Assembly: GCA_047495785.1 (NCBI GenBank)
Contig: JBLDXI010000001.1
Span: forward strand, 1,736,001-1,800,000
DNA from: Lepidodermella squamata
Taxonomy: Eukaryota > Animalia > Gastrotricha
Length of the DNA: 64,000 bases
Direction of reading: 5' to 3'
The notes under the pieces are model-generated. The model saw only the letters and a program-made list of their open reading frames with translations. It was not told the DNA's origin and did not search any database. Shown here one piece after another: positions 25,434 to 38,804 of this stretch. Made by a program: the position numbers and the translations under genes. The first letter of the stretch is position 1; each line of letters starts with the position of its first letter.

Positions 25434-28400
25434 ATCGCAATCTGAAACAAATTCAACTACACACTACTTGAAACGCTTTACTTCTTTGTTGTTCTAATAA
25501 TTAATTCATTCTTAATGTTAAAACTAAATCCAAGTCCGTAAACAGCTGATTAAGCTATTAATGAATTGTTGCTCTGAGACATAAAATTTCAGCCTCTTCT
25601 ATCGAAGAAACTCAACTAAAATTGGTTGTTTTATTGATGAAATAGCAGCAGGATCTTTATTAATAAGCCTTCTACTATCTTGGAGTTTTTCCTCTGTTTT
25701 TTCCTTACCCTTATATAATAAATGAATACTAATTATTTCAATCATTTTAAGCCGTTTGTGTGTACGTGTGTGTATGTGCGTTTTCGAGAAACATTGTTGT
25801 TATTTTGCGCTATTGCCCAACCCAAGCGCCGATCTTTAAACATATCGAACTGAATACGACGGAGCGCTGTAACTTTTACTTTGAGTGCGCATTTTAAAAA
25901 CACCACCTTAAAAATAATTAAAGAACTCGTTTATTTCTCAATATAATTATAAATTTTCTCGAATCGGTGTTCACACATCCCGTTTTTTCTGATGATAATA
26001 ATGCTGTAATTTAGCGATGTAAAATTTGAATTGTTGCAGAACTTACACGGCTTTTCAAAACTAAAATAGTCGATCTTGCAAAGACATAACCAACAGAACG
26101 TATTTTGGTGCTTTTCACGTGGAAAAATTGTAATTAAGCTGGTTATTGTTTTTCGTTGTGCGTTCCGAATACTACGAATACTACTTTTTTACACGCTAAC
26201 GATAATTGATGATTAATTGCTACTTCGTTAAAATTAAGGAACAGCTCATCGATTTTTCTACCGAACTAACTCGTATCCTTGCGATGTAAAAAGTTGTAAA
26301 AAGAATTTAGCATCAAATAATAATCGGGCGTTAATCTTGGGTTGCCTACAACATTGTGTATGGGTGTAAGTCAAACTTAGCAAAAATGACTATCAATTGC
26401 TCATTGCCGTGTGCTCGCTCCATAACTTGATAAATTCTCGGTTGTAAAGTCGCTTGTAAAAACCTAAGGTTTAGTGCCATTTTGTACGACTGAATTGAAA
26501 ATAACACAACGTGCCTACTTCTAAATAACCAATACGCTGTACACAGATTTTCACTCAAAATTTCTGTAAAAAAAATATAACAACCTTGAGCGAGCTACAC
26601 TTTGAACTGTGTCCTTTTTTACTCATGACGACGCTTTGTATCTTGCCCTATGTTGACTGATTCAAATAACGACAAGGTAAGCCTGGCTCGTGTGAAATTC
26701 TGCAACAATAGTTGGTTGTTTTTTCCATGGATGATAGATTCCGATCGAATAATCCACTTGTCTTATAATATAACATATATTTCCGTGTGTTTTTTCAAGT
26801 AAATATGATAATACTTTTGGCTATTACATGTGATTTGTGTGTTTAGTCCTCCTTAATAAAGTAATTCTCTCTTCACATGCGCGCTCTCTCAAAAGAAACC
26901 GCAAACCAATGGCTTTCGTCGTGTAATTAGTAGTGTAATTCAATTAGTGTAAAAGTTCCACAAAACACGCTGTAATGAATGCTATAAAATAATAATAAAA
27001 TAACACAGGATTTACTGACAATTTTTTGCTCACCGATATCGTATTGCTAATTATGCAACATTTTTTTCGTTCGGAAGATTGCCTTCATCTTCACTCACTC
27101 ACTCTGTAGAGTAAATTTATTTCGGTCATTTCATGTTGCTTTCTTTCTGGTGTTTTTTCAGTCGTAGTCACCAAATGATGATGAAAACTACAATTATTAT
27201 TATTATTATTGATTTGAAGCTAAAAATTATTGTAAACTCAATTAACCCCAATTTCTCTGTGTGATTTCCTCGCCCGCTCTATATGTCTCTATCTCTCTCT
27301 CGCTCTCTCCCTCTCGTGTAAAATTATTGTAGCAACACGTGTGAAATGAAGAATGAAATTCTAATCTCTGATCGTGTCTTGTAGTCAGCGGAAGAAATTC
27401 GCTCAAAACAATACCTGAAGAAATCGAGGCTAAATATTGTCAATTATATCACAGATTATCAACTATGATGTAAAATAAGAGTCTTTTCTTCGGTGTGACC
27501 TATCTCTCTCGTTGTTTTCGGCGTCTTCTTCGTGGTAATTTCGATATCTATGTGCGTGGAGTTTCGAATAATTAACATTAAAATGTTTTTCAGCTAAGAA
27601 AAACGTGTCTTTTTCGAAAAAAACGGGTACAGAAACCTCCAGAGGTTAGCAGATAAGGGTCTGAAATCAAGAAGTTGATTCCCGATGGAATTGGTCGTAA
27701 TATTCAAGGGCGCAACATTTGATATATGATTGCATAATGGCTCATATGCAGCAGAGCACGCAAATCGATGGCGAATATTGGGTGTACACTGCATTTTTTT
27801 CTGCGGCCGGGCTATTAATAAAAATTGAAATGCGCGCAAGATTTCGCGCCTAAGCTTCCCGCCATTATTAATTTTCGTCCTCCGAACTGTCGTATAGTAT
27901 TATTACTCCAGCCTGAAGCCACATAGAGAATAGAAAAATTCCTTGGCGCCTCATGTGACACTGAGTATGATTCTGGTAACCATATACTTACAGTATATTA
28001 TGGCGAGAGGAGAAACAGCCGAGCTTAAAATATCACATTTTCCGCATATTTTGTCTCAAACCGCCATAATACATTAGTTAAATCTAAATTAATTTATATT
28101 TTAAACCGGCTAGCAGCATATCGAACGGTCGTTAAATACACCTGATGATGAAGTCGTTGTAGGGTAGTAATGAAAAGGGGAAAACAGTGCCTCGAGGACG
28201 CGAAATCGACTACTTCTTCGCCGCGCACGCACATTATTAGCTCGGATGCTGTGCTTTTGAAAAAACCACATCATGCGCGCATAAAAAATACACCGCTTTA
28301 ATGTAGGTAGGTATTAGATGCCGTAATAAATATTATATTCCTGAATATTAAAAAATGAGCAGTGGCAACACATGTTCGCATTTTCAGGTGGATTTTGTGT

Positions 28401-28796
28401 GTTTGCGGAATACCTTTTCCTGACCCGGGGCCCATTCACGTGGAAATATCACAGCCTTTGTTCAGAATCATAATTAAGATTAGAATAAGAAACACTGACG
28501 CGACGGCTCCAGACTTTTTATTATTCCCGGGCGAGGTTTCCCCTGAAAGAGTCATTTGGCGCCTCAATAAAAGCTAACATTTCCCCTGAATAATAAGAAC
28601 AATGGATTCCAAAGGTTTGTCTTGCATGCTCTGGGATCTTTGCGGCAACTTTTCCTTCTAAAATCCATGCTTTGATTTTTTCAGATTATTTTACTCATAA
28701 ATTATATGTTTTTAAATTATCCAAGGTGCCGCTCGTCATCGGTGTTTCATCTGCAAGTATTGTTGTTGTTGTGTGAAAAATCATAGTGTCGGCAAA

Positions 28797-31700
28797 ATGT
28801 CGGCAAGTCCCGGAAAACGCGGCCGTTCAAGCGTGACAAAATCTATGATAGAAGACAAGCAGAGCGCAGTGCCGCTTGCTGCGACTAAATCGCTATCGCC
28901 TAATAAGACGACGGCTAACAGTAGTAAAGCGGCGGATAGTTGCAACAGTAGCGGCTATTTCAGTCGAAACAACACGATGCGATCGTCACTTTTCCATCGA
29001 ATTTTCTCGACCGGTCGGTCAAAGTTGGCAAATAAGGCTAATCAGCTCAGCACCTGCAGCAAACGCAGGTTGGATTTTGTTTAAATTAGGCCAGATTTTT
29101 CGTTTAAAAGTGAGACTCGGTTAAGACTTAGCATGTTTCTCACTAAGTTCGGGGGTTCCCCCTCTCAGCTAGTTATGATTCACTAGAACAGACTTGAAAG
29201 CCGAAGTCTGAGCTCATTTAGGATAGCCCGTAAATTGCAACTTGAAGCTGCTTATGAGGAGATTATAGCCCACGTTCAACTATACACTATACGAATGGCA
29301 TCTATCTAAATTTACCATTCATGATATTCTCACATCTGTCCCATCTGACTGCATTTTTCGAGCAAATTACAACGTACTCGGGTTTTTTCCCCTGTTTTTT
29401 AATAAATATTAAATCGACAGGGAAATATTCCTAAAAGCGTTACGCCAAATGCCCATTGAGTATCACGGGCAGGGCACTTCCATATTATTTGTTGGATATC
29501 TTTCGGTCAACATTTCTGACCTATCGCGCAGCTAAATTTCGATGAAAATTAGATGCTTGATAGAATTTGCGGATTCCTACTTTGCTTGTAAATTTTCTTT
29601 AAATTGGATAAAAAATGAGTTTTATTTTTGGATAATTTTAGTTTGAAGCGAGATGTATCATCGACGGAAAATCTCAGCTCACTGCAATACGGTTCGAACG
29701 AACAAGCGCCTAATATCAGAGCTAGTTATCACGACGAATCGAAGCCGAATGACAATGACGGCGTGAGTCAAACTCGCCGTATGACACGCGACGACACGGC
29801 TATTCGATACACCTTTGCCGAAATTGCGAACGGCTCCGCTCCGGCAGCGACGAGCGACGATGATGATGCTAATAGCGACCAGGTATTTTTCTGATTTTCT
29901 ACCTCGCGACGTTTTGACAGGTGAAAGAAATTTACATTTTTTTGACCCGCAAAATCGATGATGAAATATTGAGTCGGAAGTCACTTGATGTGATTTACTT
30001 CTATAAATGCGTAAGTAGAGAGAATTGGGAGATCATCAAATGTCCTGGCTAATTGCCGCATTTCGCAATCTAATATGTAATGGCAGCAGCAGTGTCGCGA
30101 TCGATGAAAAAGCCGCCCTCTTTATTTGCTCACTCTCCCTCGCGTATCGCATAGGTGAGCCATACGCGCATATGCGAAGTTAAGCACCTTCGTTTTGCTT
30201 TGCGCAGGTCTAAAGCCTATAGCAAATTCATTTTTTATGTGTTTTCATAATAAACCTATACCTGATGCTGCTTGCTTTATTATAATTTTCTACTGGCCGG
30301 AAAAAGTAGACCGAACTTTGCGGGTGCGAATACAAACTAGCGGCTCGTTAAATTCGTTTTCTGGAATTGTAGATTTACATTTGCCGAGGAGAAACTTGTT
30401 GAAGGCATGACGCGATGATTGTTTTTTATGATGACGAATACAACTGCAACGAGGGTTTGGCGCAGCAGCATAGCGAAATTTTATTAGCCTTCGATGGCTA
30501 ATGATGAGTACAGTTATCGGAGCAGCTGGCCGACGACGGGCTATTACGACGCGCCCGACGTCACCGCCCGACGTCGCCGCAACGACGCCTGCTGCCAATT
30601 AATCCGGGCGCCGTGGCAGGCCCTGGTCGAGCGGCGCCGCGCGTCGCCCAACCGCGCCCGGCCCGCCTCGCAGATCGGGCGCCAGTTGGCGTCACAGCGC
30701 AAACTTTTCACCATTTCAGACCGCGTCGAGGACAATAATTATATTCGCGTGAGTTTTTAACCACGCCAATTATTTTGCGATAAATTAATGCCGGTTAAAA
30801 CTTTCTTGCGCGCAATTTTCGAATGCAGTTTAGACTATCAGGAATTTTTTCTCCAATCAATAAGCCCATTGGAAAGACTGTTGAGAGTAAAAGCTTTCGA
30901 TTGAAAAAAACCGCATTCAGAATAGTCCTGGAATATTTAATTGAAAATATGCACGTAAAAAACTTGTTGCCGCAGTAACAAGTCATTAATCTTCATTATC
31001 TCGGAAAGCTTGGATCAAAGTTGCGATAAGCGTGAGCTGTAAGTCTTTCAGCAAATCAGCTAAATTAAAACCAAGTTTCTCCAATCGTAATAGATTAATC
31101 ATGAAAATAATTATTTTTGACCGCACAGAGTGCGCGCAAATCAAGCGGTTGTCTCATTAAAGATTTTTTTGAGCCGGCGGCTTTTTCTTGATTTATTACC
31201 ATAGACATAGCACTATAACAGATCGGAAACTACGGTCTCTCCAAAGTGGAATAATTCGAGCTAAAACTGTTAAAAGCGTGGCATGCAACCACTTTTTTGA
31301 TCACTCAACGTCCTAATTTAATTATTTTTTAAAATCGACAGGCCGAATATACTTTTTTCAGATTTTTTGAATTTCTGCAGATAAATGTAAGATTTAGCGA
31401 CCTACCGAATGAGCCTGGGTAATTCTCGTCGGCCCGCATGGATGATTTTCCAGCAGTTTTTGAAAACAGCTGTTTTTGGAGATTTTCGGCAAATTTGCCC
31501 GGTAATTATATTTGTAATTGTGCGTAAAAAAATTTCTAGATTTTTTGAAATTGTCCCATTAAGCCAACTGCGGCAGAATGGCTAAATCTACCAAAACAGC
31601 TGTTTTCAAAAATGCTAGAAAATCATCCATGCGAGCCGACAGGAATTACCCGGGGTCATTCGTTAGGCTGCTAAATCTAACGTTTATCTGCAGGAATTCA

Positions 31701-34700
31701 ATAAAATCCGGAACAGTTTATTTAAAATAATTAAACGTTGTCCAAAGTGGTCAAAAAGCTGGTCGCGTGCCACGCGTTTAACACTTTCAGCTCGAATTAT
31801 TTCGCTGTAGTTCTAGATCTTCTGTAATTGTGTTATCTATGCTTACATGGCTAAAAAGCGTTCAAAGTTTTACAAGAGATTATTTCGAACAAATTATCGT
31901 CAACAGGGTGATCACAGCAGCAATAACGGCGATGCTTACGCGACGGCTCTTTCAGACAGTCGCATTGATGGTGAAGCGGGCGAGGAAAATCTGGCCGTTA
32001 CCATCGAACAGCAGCCTAATATGAGGGGTCAAGACCAACAGGCGATCAGCAAGCAGCCAAGCTCAAGTGGCAGCGTTTTTTCGCGAATTCGAAACATGGG
32101 CCGATCCAGCAAGCAGCCACCCCAGCGGGCTATGACTATCGATGACAACGAATCGATCGATGTGATTTCTTCACAGGAAACCACCCCGGCTAGTAAAAAG
32201 GACAGCGGGATGAAAAAACAAACCAGCTCAGCTGCTCTGATGATGACTAACGCCGGAAATGAGCAATCGACCTTCTACCGGTTGACGATTTATTTGAACG
32301 AAGCTCACGATTTGATAGCGATGGACCGTTGTGGTACGAGCGATCCGTATGTTCGTGTTAAAGTCGACGGCAAAACGGCCTATAAGACGAAGATAATCAT
32401 GCGTGACCTTGACCCGGTGTGGAATGAAACGTGCGTTATTGAACTCGATCGAACCCAGCCGCACAGTGTCGTGATGTCGCTGTGGGACTGGGACCGCGGA
32501 TCAGTTTCAGACGACTTCCTTGGTGCTGCAGAAATCGACATTACATCCTTAGAATTGGACAAGTAAAATTTTAATTATTTGTTTTACAAATTTCACGCTT
32601 GATTATTCGGTTTTTAAGGGTGATGAATCATCGAATGGTGCTAAAAGAAAAAATTGGCAATACGAACGTTGGAGATGCTACTGATGGGCCTAGGCGATAC
32701 CTTGGCTACATTTTATTCAGCACTCTTCTCAAAGTCATCCCAGCTTCAGAGCTTATGGTGAGTTTTCCACCGAAAAAATTAGCGCCTGTAATATTTAGGC
32801 TTTTAAAGATGGCAAAATAGTCTAGTTTTATGATTGAAATTTTATATAGAAAGCGGACTTTGACCCTCTTAAATTTCGCGCTTCCAGCGTGAATATTTTC
32901 TCGGTTTGCTGATTTTTCAACTCCTAAAAATTAGTCTCACTAACTTTTTGGCTGAATTTTCACTATAAACCACGAATGTTGAGCGATTAAAAATTTTCTT
33001 GCTATATGAAATCTAAAATCCAGAGCGAGATGAAAGGCAAAAAACCAGGCCAATCAAACGCTTCCCCAGGCGACTGGGATTGGAAAAAGGTAACTAGGCC
33101 ATACAAAAAAACGAGAGCGACCGAAATCATGACTATAAATTATGTTAGATGTTTCCGCTGTATTGAAATGTTATTTGATGTATCACCGTGTATGCTTGCA
33201 AGTATATTCCCCAAACTACGAAATTACATCTTCTATAAATAACATCTATTACTATCGTTTAGTTGCCACGTAATGTCCGGCTTCTATGCTTCTTGTACTT
33301 GCATTATTACAACTGCAAAAAATACCGATATTTTTTGCCGTTTTTTATTCTGATCACGCTGATTGATTCGTCGATGCGTAATCACAACAATTTCTTGTAT
33401 TTTTTCAAACCTTTCTCCTTCTGGAAAACCGTCTGGGAAATCAATTTACCCGTCAACACTCGTCCATATGAGCTTTGTTTCGTCGCTTGATGGCTTGAAA
33501 AAATGAACAGTCACTTCTCTATGGAAAGATTTTCGTTAAATCCCTGCTCCATATTTTTAATTATTTTTTTCTTGCAATTTTCAGGTTCGATCTGAGCTCT
33601 ACAACATGATCAACATGTCGACGCAGCCGTGGCGCCAACTCGTGCGTGTCGTAATGGTCGGCGTTCGGAATGTTGCCTTCACGCCGCTATCAGCCAGCGA
33701 TGCTGTTTACGGCCGCGTTATGTTTTCAGCCGATTCCGAGCGAACAAAAACCGTGCCCATGTCAGCGTCCAGTGTTTCCAGGCGGGCCGCTTTTAAAGAG
33801 GCCTTCAACTTCTTCAGCAGAGATGACATTCTGCCTGACCTTATCGTCGAGCTATACGATGGCGACACCAATGAAATAATCGGAAGGTAAAATCGAAAAA
33901 TTTATAAATAATATTTAGATTATTTTTTTTTAAATTAGGGTACAAATCGAGATATCTCGTCTTTCGATCGAGCAGACGCATAAAATATCGAAGCGATTTA
34001 TTGAAGATACTGGAACGCTTGACATTTTAATTTCGCTGACCGGATCGCGGCAGGACGTGTTGCAATCGCCGGAGAAATCAATAATTCCAACCTGGACGCC
34101 GCTTGGTCCTAACATTTTCCCAGCAACAATTCTTCAGGAGCCCGAAGTATTTCAGCTTCGAGAACTGGAGAGAATTTTTGTAAATATTATTTTCAATACA
34201 TTTCGATCAAATTGATTTATTTTTGATTTTTGCAGAGTCTTCAAAATACTTCTGGAATTTCTGGTGGCTATTGCGGTTTATTGGTGCTCAAAGTTATTCA
34301 AGCGCGAAATTTGAACGCGGCTGATATTATTGGCGGTAAAAGTGACCCGTTTTGCGTCATCGAAATCATCAATGTTTACCTGAGAACCCATACCGAGTAC
34401 AAAACTCTCGAGCCGAAATGGAATCGCACTTTTTACATGTAAGGATATTAGGTTTTCTTAGAACTTTATTTTTTATTTATTTAAAACAACATTTTAAATT
34501 TTTTCAATTTTTTTTCAAATTTTTGCATGTATTTTAATTTAATTTTTTAGTCCGATCGATGATATTAATTCGGTGCTGAATCTGACAGTATTTGATGAAG
34601 ATCGTGATAAGAGGGCTGATTTTCTCGGGAAACTTGCTATACCACTGCTGAATATGCAATCGTGCCCTCGTCGCTGGTTTGCCTTGAAATCGAACCGCCT

Positions 34701-35754
34701 TTCGCAGTCTTCTTCAGCTCGAGGCTACATCGAGCTCGAAGCCCGCCTCGTCTACAACACCCCTAAAGCTGTGATGAGAGCCATTAACCCAAAAGAAACT
34801 CCGTGCCAATTCAGTGAGGCTAAGATTAATTTCAAAGATTTACAGCGAGACATTGGCCGGATTAAACAATTTCACGCCCAGTCTCGCCTGGCGATGAAAC
34901 TCGTTCAAGACTGCATCATGTGGGTCAGTCCTATTAAATCAGTGGCTGCTCTGCTGGTAATTTTAATTATCAATACCCGTAATTTATTCTTACGTTGCCT
35001 TTTACTAGATTTGGATAGTTACTGTTTACTATTTCGAACTCTGGATGGCTCCATTCGCGTTCGGCCTCGTGTTTCTTTTGACGTATTTTATGCAACAAAA
35101 CGGCGCTATTCCCTCGGAAGATGTCCGACTTCCCGTCGACGAACAGCCTGATGACTTGAACGTGGACGATTCCAAGCTTTCTTTAAAGGAGAAATTCACA
35201 AAGGTTCAGGACATTGCGTTAAGTGCTCAAAAAGGCATCGATGAGGTCGCGTCAACATTGGAAAGGATAAGAAAGTCAGTTCAAAATGTATTAAATATTT
35301 GTTTGGTAATTTTTTTTAATTTGTTTGCAGCGTTATTTTGTGGCGGTCACCCTGGGTTTCCGCAGTAGCGATGTTCGCAATTTTTGGTGTTTCGATCATT
35401 TTATATTTTGTCCCACTCCGCTGGCTCGCCATGGCATTCGGCGTTAATAAACTGACGAAGAAAAAGCTCAGGCCTAGGGCTATGGACAATTTCGAACCTT
35501 ACGATCTCATTTCTAGAGCTCCGAGTGACCTTGAACTGGTAATTTTCTAGCCCTAGCAACCGTTGCCAAGTACGCTTTTTCTTCGAATTTAGATGAATTA
35601 TCGAGACATTCCGATTGACAAACGAGTGTTGCATGACATCCACCGGCAGCAGAAGCGTCAGGAACAAAGGGCGAAAAATAAGCAGGAGTTACTCGATGAT
35701 AGTCTTCAGTCTTATGACTCGCCGCCTGCGTCGCCGAAATCAAAGGAGATCTGA
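28797..35754 (+). CDS. MCTP: Multiple C2 and transmembrane domain protein; core exons 31847-32562, 32619-32757, 33585-33886, 33939-34179, 34236-34438, 34550-34956, 35010-35273, 35330-35538, 35593-35754; upstream candidate exons 28797-29068, 29642-29882, 30494-30748
   Basis: C2A (LIAMDRCGTSDPYV, WDWD...DDFLG), degenerate C2B, C2C (AADIIGGKSDPFCVIE, THTEYKTLEPKWN, VFDEDRDKRADFLGK), and a PRT_C-like region (DEVASTLERI, LYFVPLRWL, GVNKLTKK, SRAPSD). The 5' exons are less certain than the core. Confidence 0.9.
31248..31809. mobile_element. Foldback/MITE-like element with ~230-bp degenerate inverted arms and ~95-bp spacer
   Basis: Arm 31248-31486 matches the reverse complement of 31582-31807 (e.g. 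ATAATTCGAGCT/AGCTCGAATTAT; GCATGGATGATTTTC/GAAAATCATCCATGC; TTTTTGAAAACAGCTGTTTT/AAAACAGCTGTTTTCAAAAA). The right end reads CTG|TA, like a Tc1/mariner terminus plus TA. Confidence 0.75.
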
Positions 35755-36252
35755 TAAAATTCGCAGCCAGGAAGATATTGCCAATCGACCAATAACGAAC
35801 AGCTATAAAATTTGAATAACTAAATATATAATTTTTGTATCTTCAACGCTTTTATGTATATGTACCACGCGATTTTTCTTTATATCAGATTACGCACGAT
35901 ATCAAAAATTTGTGTTTTTTCTCGCTAAAAAACACAAAGAAGAAATAAACCTGTGAGCGAAAAATATCCCGACGCATAGATGCAAAACTGACGGAAAAAA
36001 TTACTCTTTCCATTTAACCGAGCCGGCTTGCTGGAAAATAAAAATGAATTGTCTACGATTGTTTTTTTGAGTCACGTTTTTGTATATAAGCTGACCGGGT
36101 GGGTATGATAAACAAGCTGCAGGGGTGATACGACCCAGCGCAACGTGCCACCAGCTATATTAGCCACCTTAATTTGTTTAGCTTATAAGAACATTCTGCA
36201 CTGACCTGCGCAAGTAGTACGAAAGCACCTCTCTTATTGAAATTGCCACGTT

Positions 36253-38732
36253 ATGGACTTAGTTAAAGTGGTTTATTTGGCTGCTAATCTAGCCGCCATA
36301 GCTTTAGCAAGTATTGAGCCCAGTTTTTACGAATGTTTGGGCGATATCGGGTCGATCCAATGCAAATCGCCACCTACTGGCGAAGCTATCACCGCCTACG
36401 ATTTTCCTTACGATGGATCTCAATTGTTCACTTGCATCACGGAGGACTACATTATGAAGAGGACTTCAGGAAATTACACCTGCCAAGAGGGATCTACCAA
36501 GGTAAGTTCTTTGAATCCATCTTAATAACCCTGATTGTTCTATCCCATATCCAGTGCTTAATCCCCTGCACTGTCGAGCTTTCTGGTAAATTCGGCATGG
36601 TGACAGCCTCGTCGAGCGATACAGAAGCCATCAAAGGAATGTGTGGCTGTAAACCGGAGGAATTCGGCAGCGAAGCGAAAAATCCTGTTCAAACCGTATT
36701 GGAAAGCTGGTGTTATAGTCCAAATATCCTTGGGAATTGTACGTGGTATCAACAATGCTATGCCGCTGGTCACTCGAAATGTAGTAGCCCCGAACAGGAG
36801 GACTTGAACGAAATAGGATTCAGCCTATGTGAATTGACTGAAGTTATGTCAGACGGTAGATTAGTCTTATCCGAGACTTCAATGCTGTCTTTGGCTGAGG
36901 CGGAGGCTTGCATTCAAACCAATCTAGCTGTTTCGCTGCGAGACTTCATGCAGCCAGAGAATTGTGATTCATCGAAGGCTTTCTTCAACACAGTTACCCT
37001 TCCTAAATGCTTCCCGGTAGAATTGGATTGCATCACCCTCCCGCCGGTAAATGACTTGGCCGCTGTGATCCAGTTCACTCTGTCGAATGGAACATCCCCT
37101 AACTCGACCGCCTTTATTCGAAGATTGATCAGAGCCGGGGAAAGGTGTTACGGGACTGAATTTTACGGAAATTCAGCTATTACCAAACTGACTATAACAA
37201 TCTCCGGAGATAAGCCACCAGAAGCTCTAATGAAAGCTTCAGATGACTTTACGTCCCACATTGCTATTGAACTAGCTGTCTCTCTCCACTTACAAGAACG
37301 AGGAATTAACTGGGCCGCGCTTGATTTGAACACGAGTGCCATTACCGTTGTCGAGGATAAGAATCAAATCCCAGTGACCATTCTGCTCGATTCAAAGAAT
37401 CTGCCAAAAGAAATTGATAAGATGTCCACAATCAAATACAAAGAGACGACTTATTCGATAAGTGACTGCTTGCTGAATGGAGTTCATTGCCACAACGCCT
37501 TAGCTCTTCTGGAAAGTAAGGATGGTCGCGGAGAAATTGTTGAACCAGTCGCTCTACCAGAAACAACTGCTACTACTACACCATCTGAAGTTACAACCGC
37601 AGCTGTAAGTTGAAACCACAGCAAGTCAGTAGATTACTAGTTTCGTCCATAACTAGGCGGGTTACTTGAGTTACTGGTCAACACAACCTAGACTTATCGC
37701 TACTGGGGCCTATGCAGTTCAAGCCATCATCGACATGTACGGCCAGCCCGTCTTTATTTTCTTCAACGGAGAAATTGTGGTAGGTGAAGTTTTTCATTAG
37801 TCAGCTTTCAGCTAAACGATCAAGTACAGGGTCTGAGAGCTGGATATGCTAGGATTGCATGGAAGGCTCGTTTAAAGCCTCCAACCGACGGATCGATTCC
37901 TGCAGACAAATTTGACATATACCATGGTGTCTATGACCCTAAAGGAGATGTCTTATTTCTAAGTCTCAACTACATGGATACAGCCGGTATTTTCTGGGTT
38001 CGATGCGCTGATTTCGACATGCCCCAAGTCGGCGAAGAAACGAATGCCGTGGACACCATGTATCTAATAGGAAATTCGACAAATGACAAGGGTAAAGATC
38101 GGAGAGCGGCGGGACTTGCCTTCGATGCGAAAGATCGGCTCTTATTCTCATGTGATTACGAAAACGCGGAAATTAACGTATGGCTAATTGCCGCTAAACC
38201 TGACTATGAGCTGTTCACCCCGATAGCCACTTTAAAGTCAACGATTAGTGCAGCGAACATTCCTGCAGCATTGTCGAACTTCGAATTTCACCCGACATTT
38301 TGCGCTTTCTCAAATGTAACAACGGTCGGGTCAGTGCTAGCTGTTAGCAGTGCTTACGGCAACACGACCTTTCTCTTTCAAAACCAGTCAGATGGGTCGG
38401 GCGAATGGAAATGGGTAGCTAAGGGCATTGCGACTCACTACGACGACACAGATCCATTGTCACAATATTCATCTCAAAGACCGCTCGACTTGACTTTCGA
38501 CAAAAACGGATATCTCTACATCACCGATTTCAACAACCGCCGGGTTCAAGTTTTCGAGATTATAACAGGCCCTACGTCAGATACTATAACAAGCCGCTTC
38601 GTCTGGAACTCACCCGATCTAGGGGAGAAACCGATAAGAATCGGAGCATTCAAACTCAAGTCGGGTCGAGTTACTGCAATTATTCAATACCTATCAAGCG
38701 ACCTTGTCTATTATGGTAACCCTGCTGAATGA
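36253..38732 (+). CDS. Secreted protein: signal peptide, Cys-rich region (stanniocalcin-like spacing), Thr linker, NHL/beta-propeller; exons 36253-36501, 36555-37604, 37657-37779, 37830-38732
   Basis: Signal MDLVKVVYLAANLAAIALA; many Cys; ETTATTTPSEVTT linker; canonical NHL repeat QRPLDLTFDKNGYLYITDFNNRRVQVF and a second repeat AAGLAFDAKDRLLFSCDYENAEINVW. Phase-0 introns join the exons in frame. Confidence 0.75.
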
Positions 38733-38804
38733 CCGCAGCCTAAAATATCGGCATTTATTTCCTCAATAAAAATAGAGGTGATAAGCATGTTTGTAGAGTT
38801 TTAA

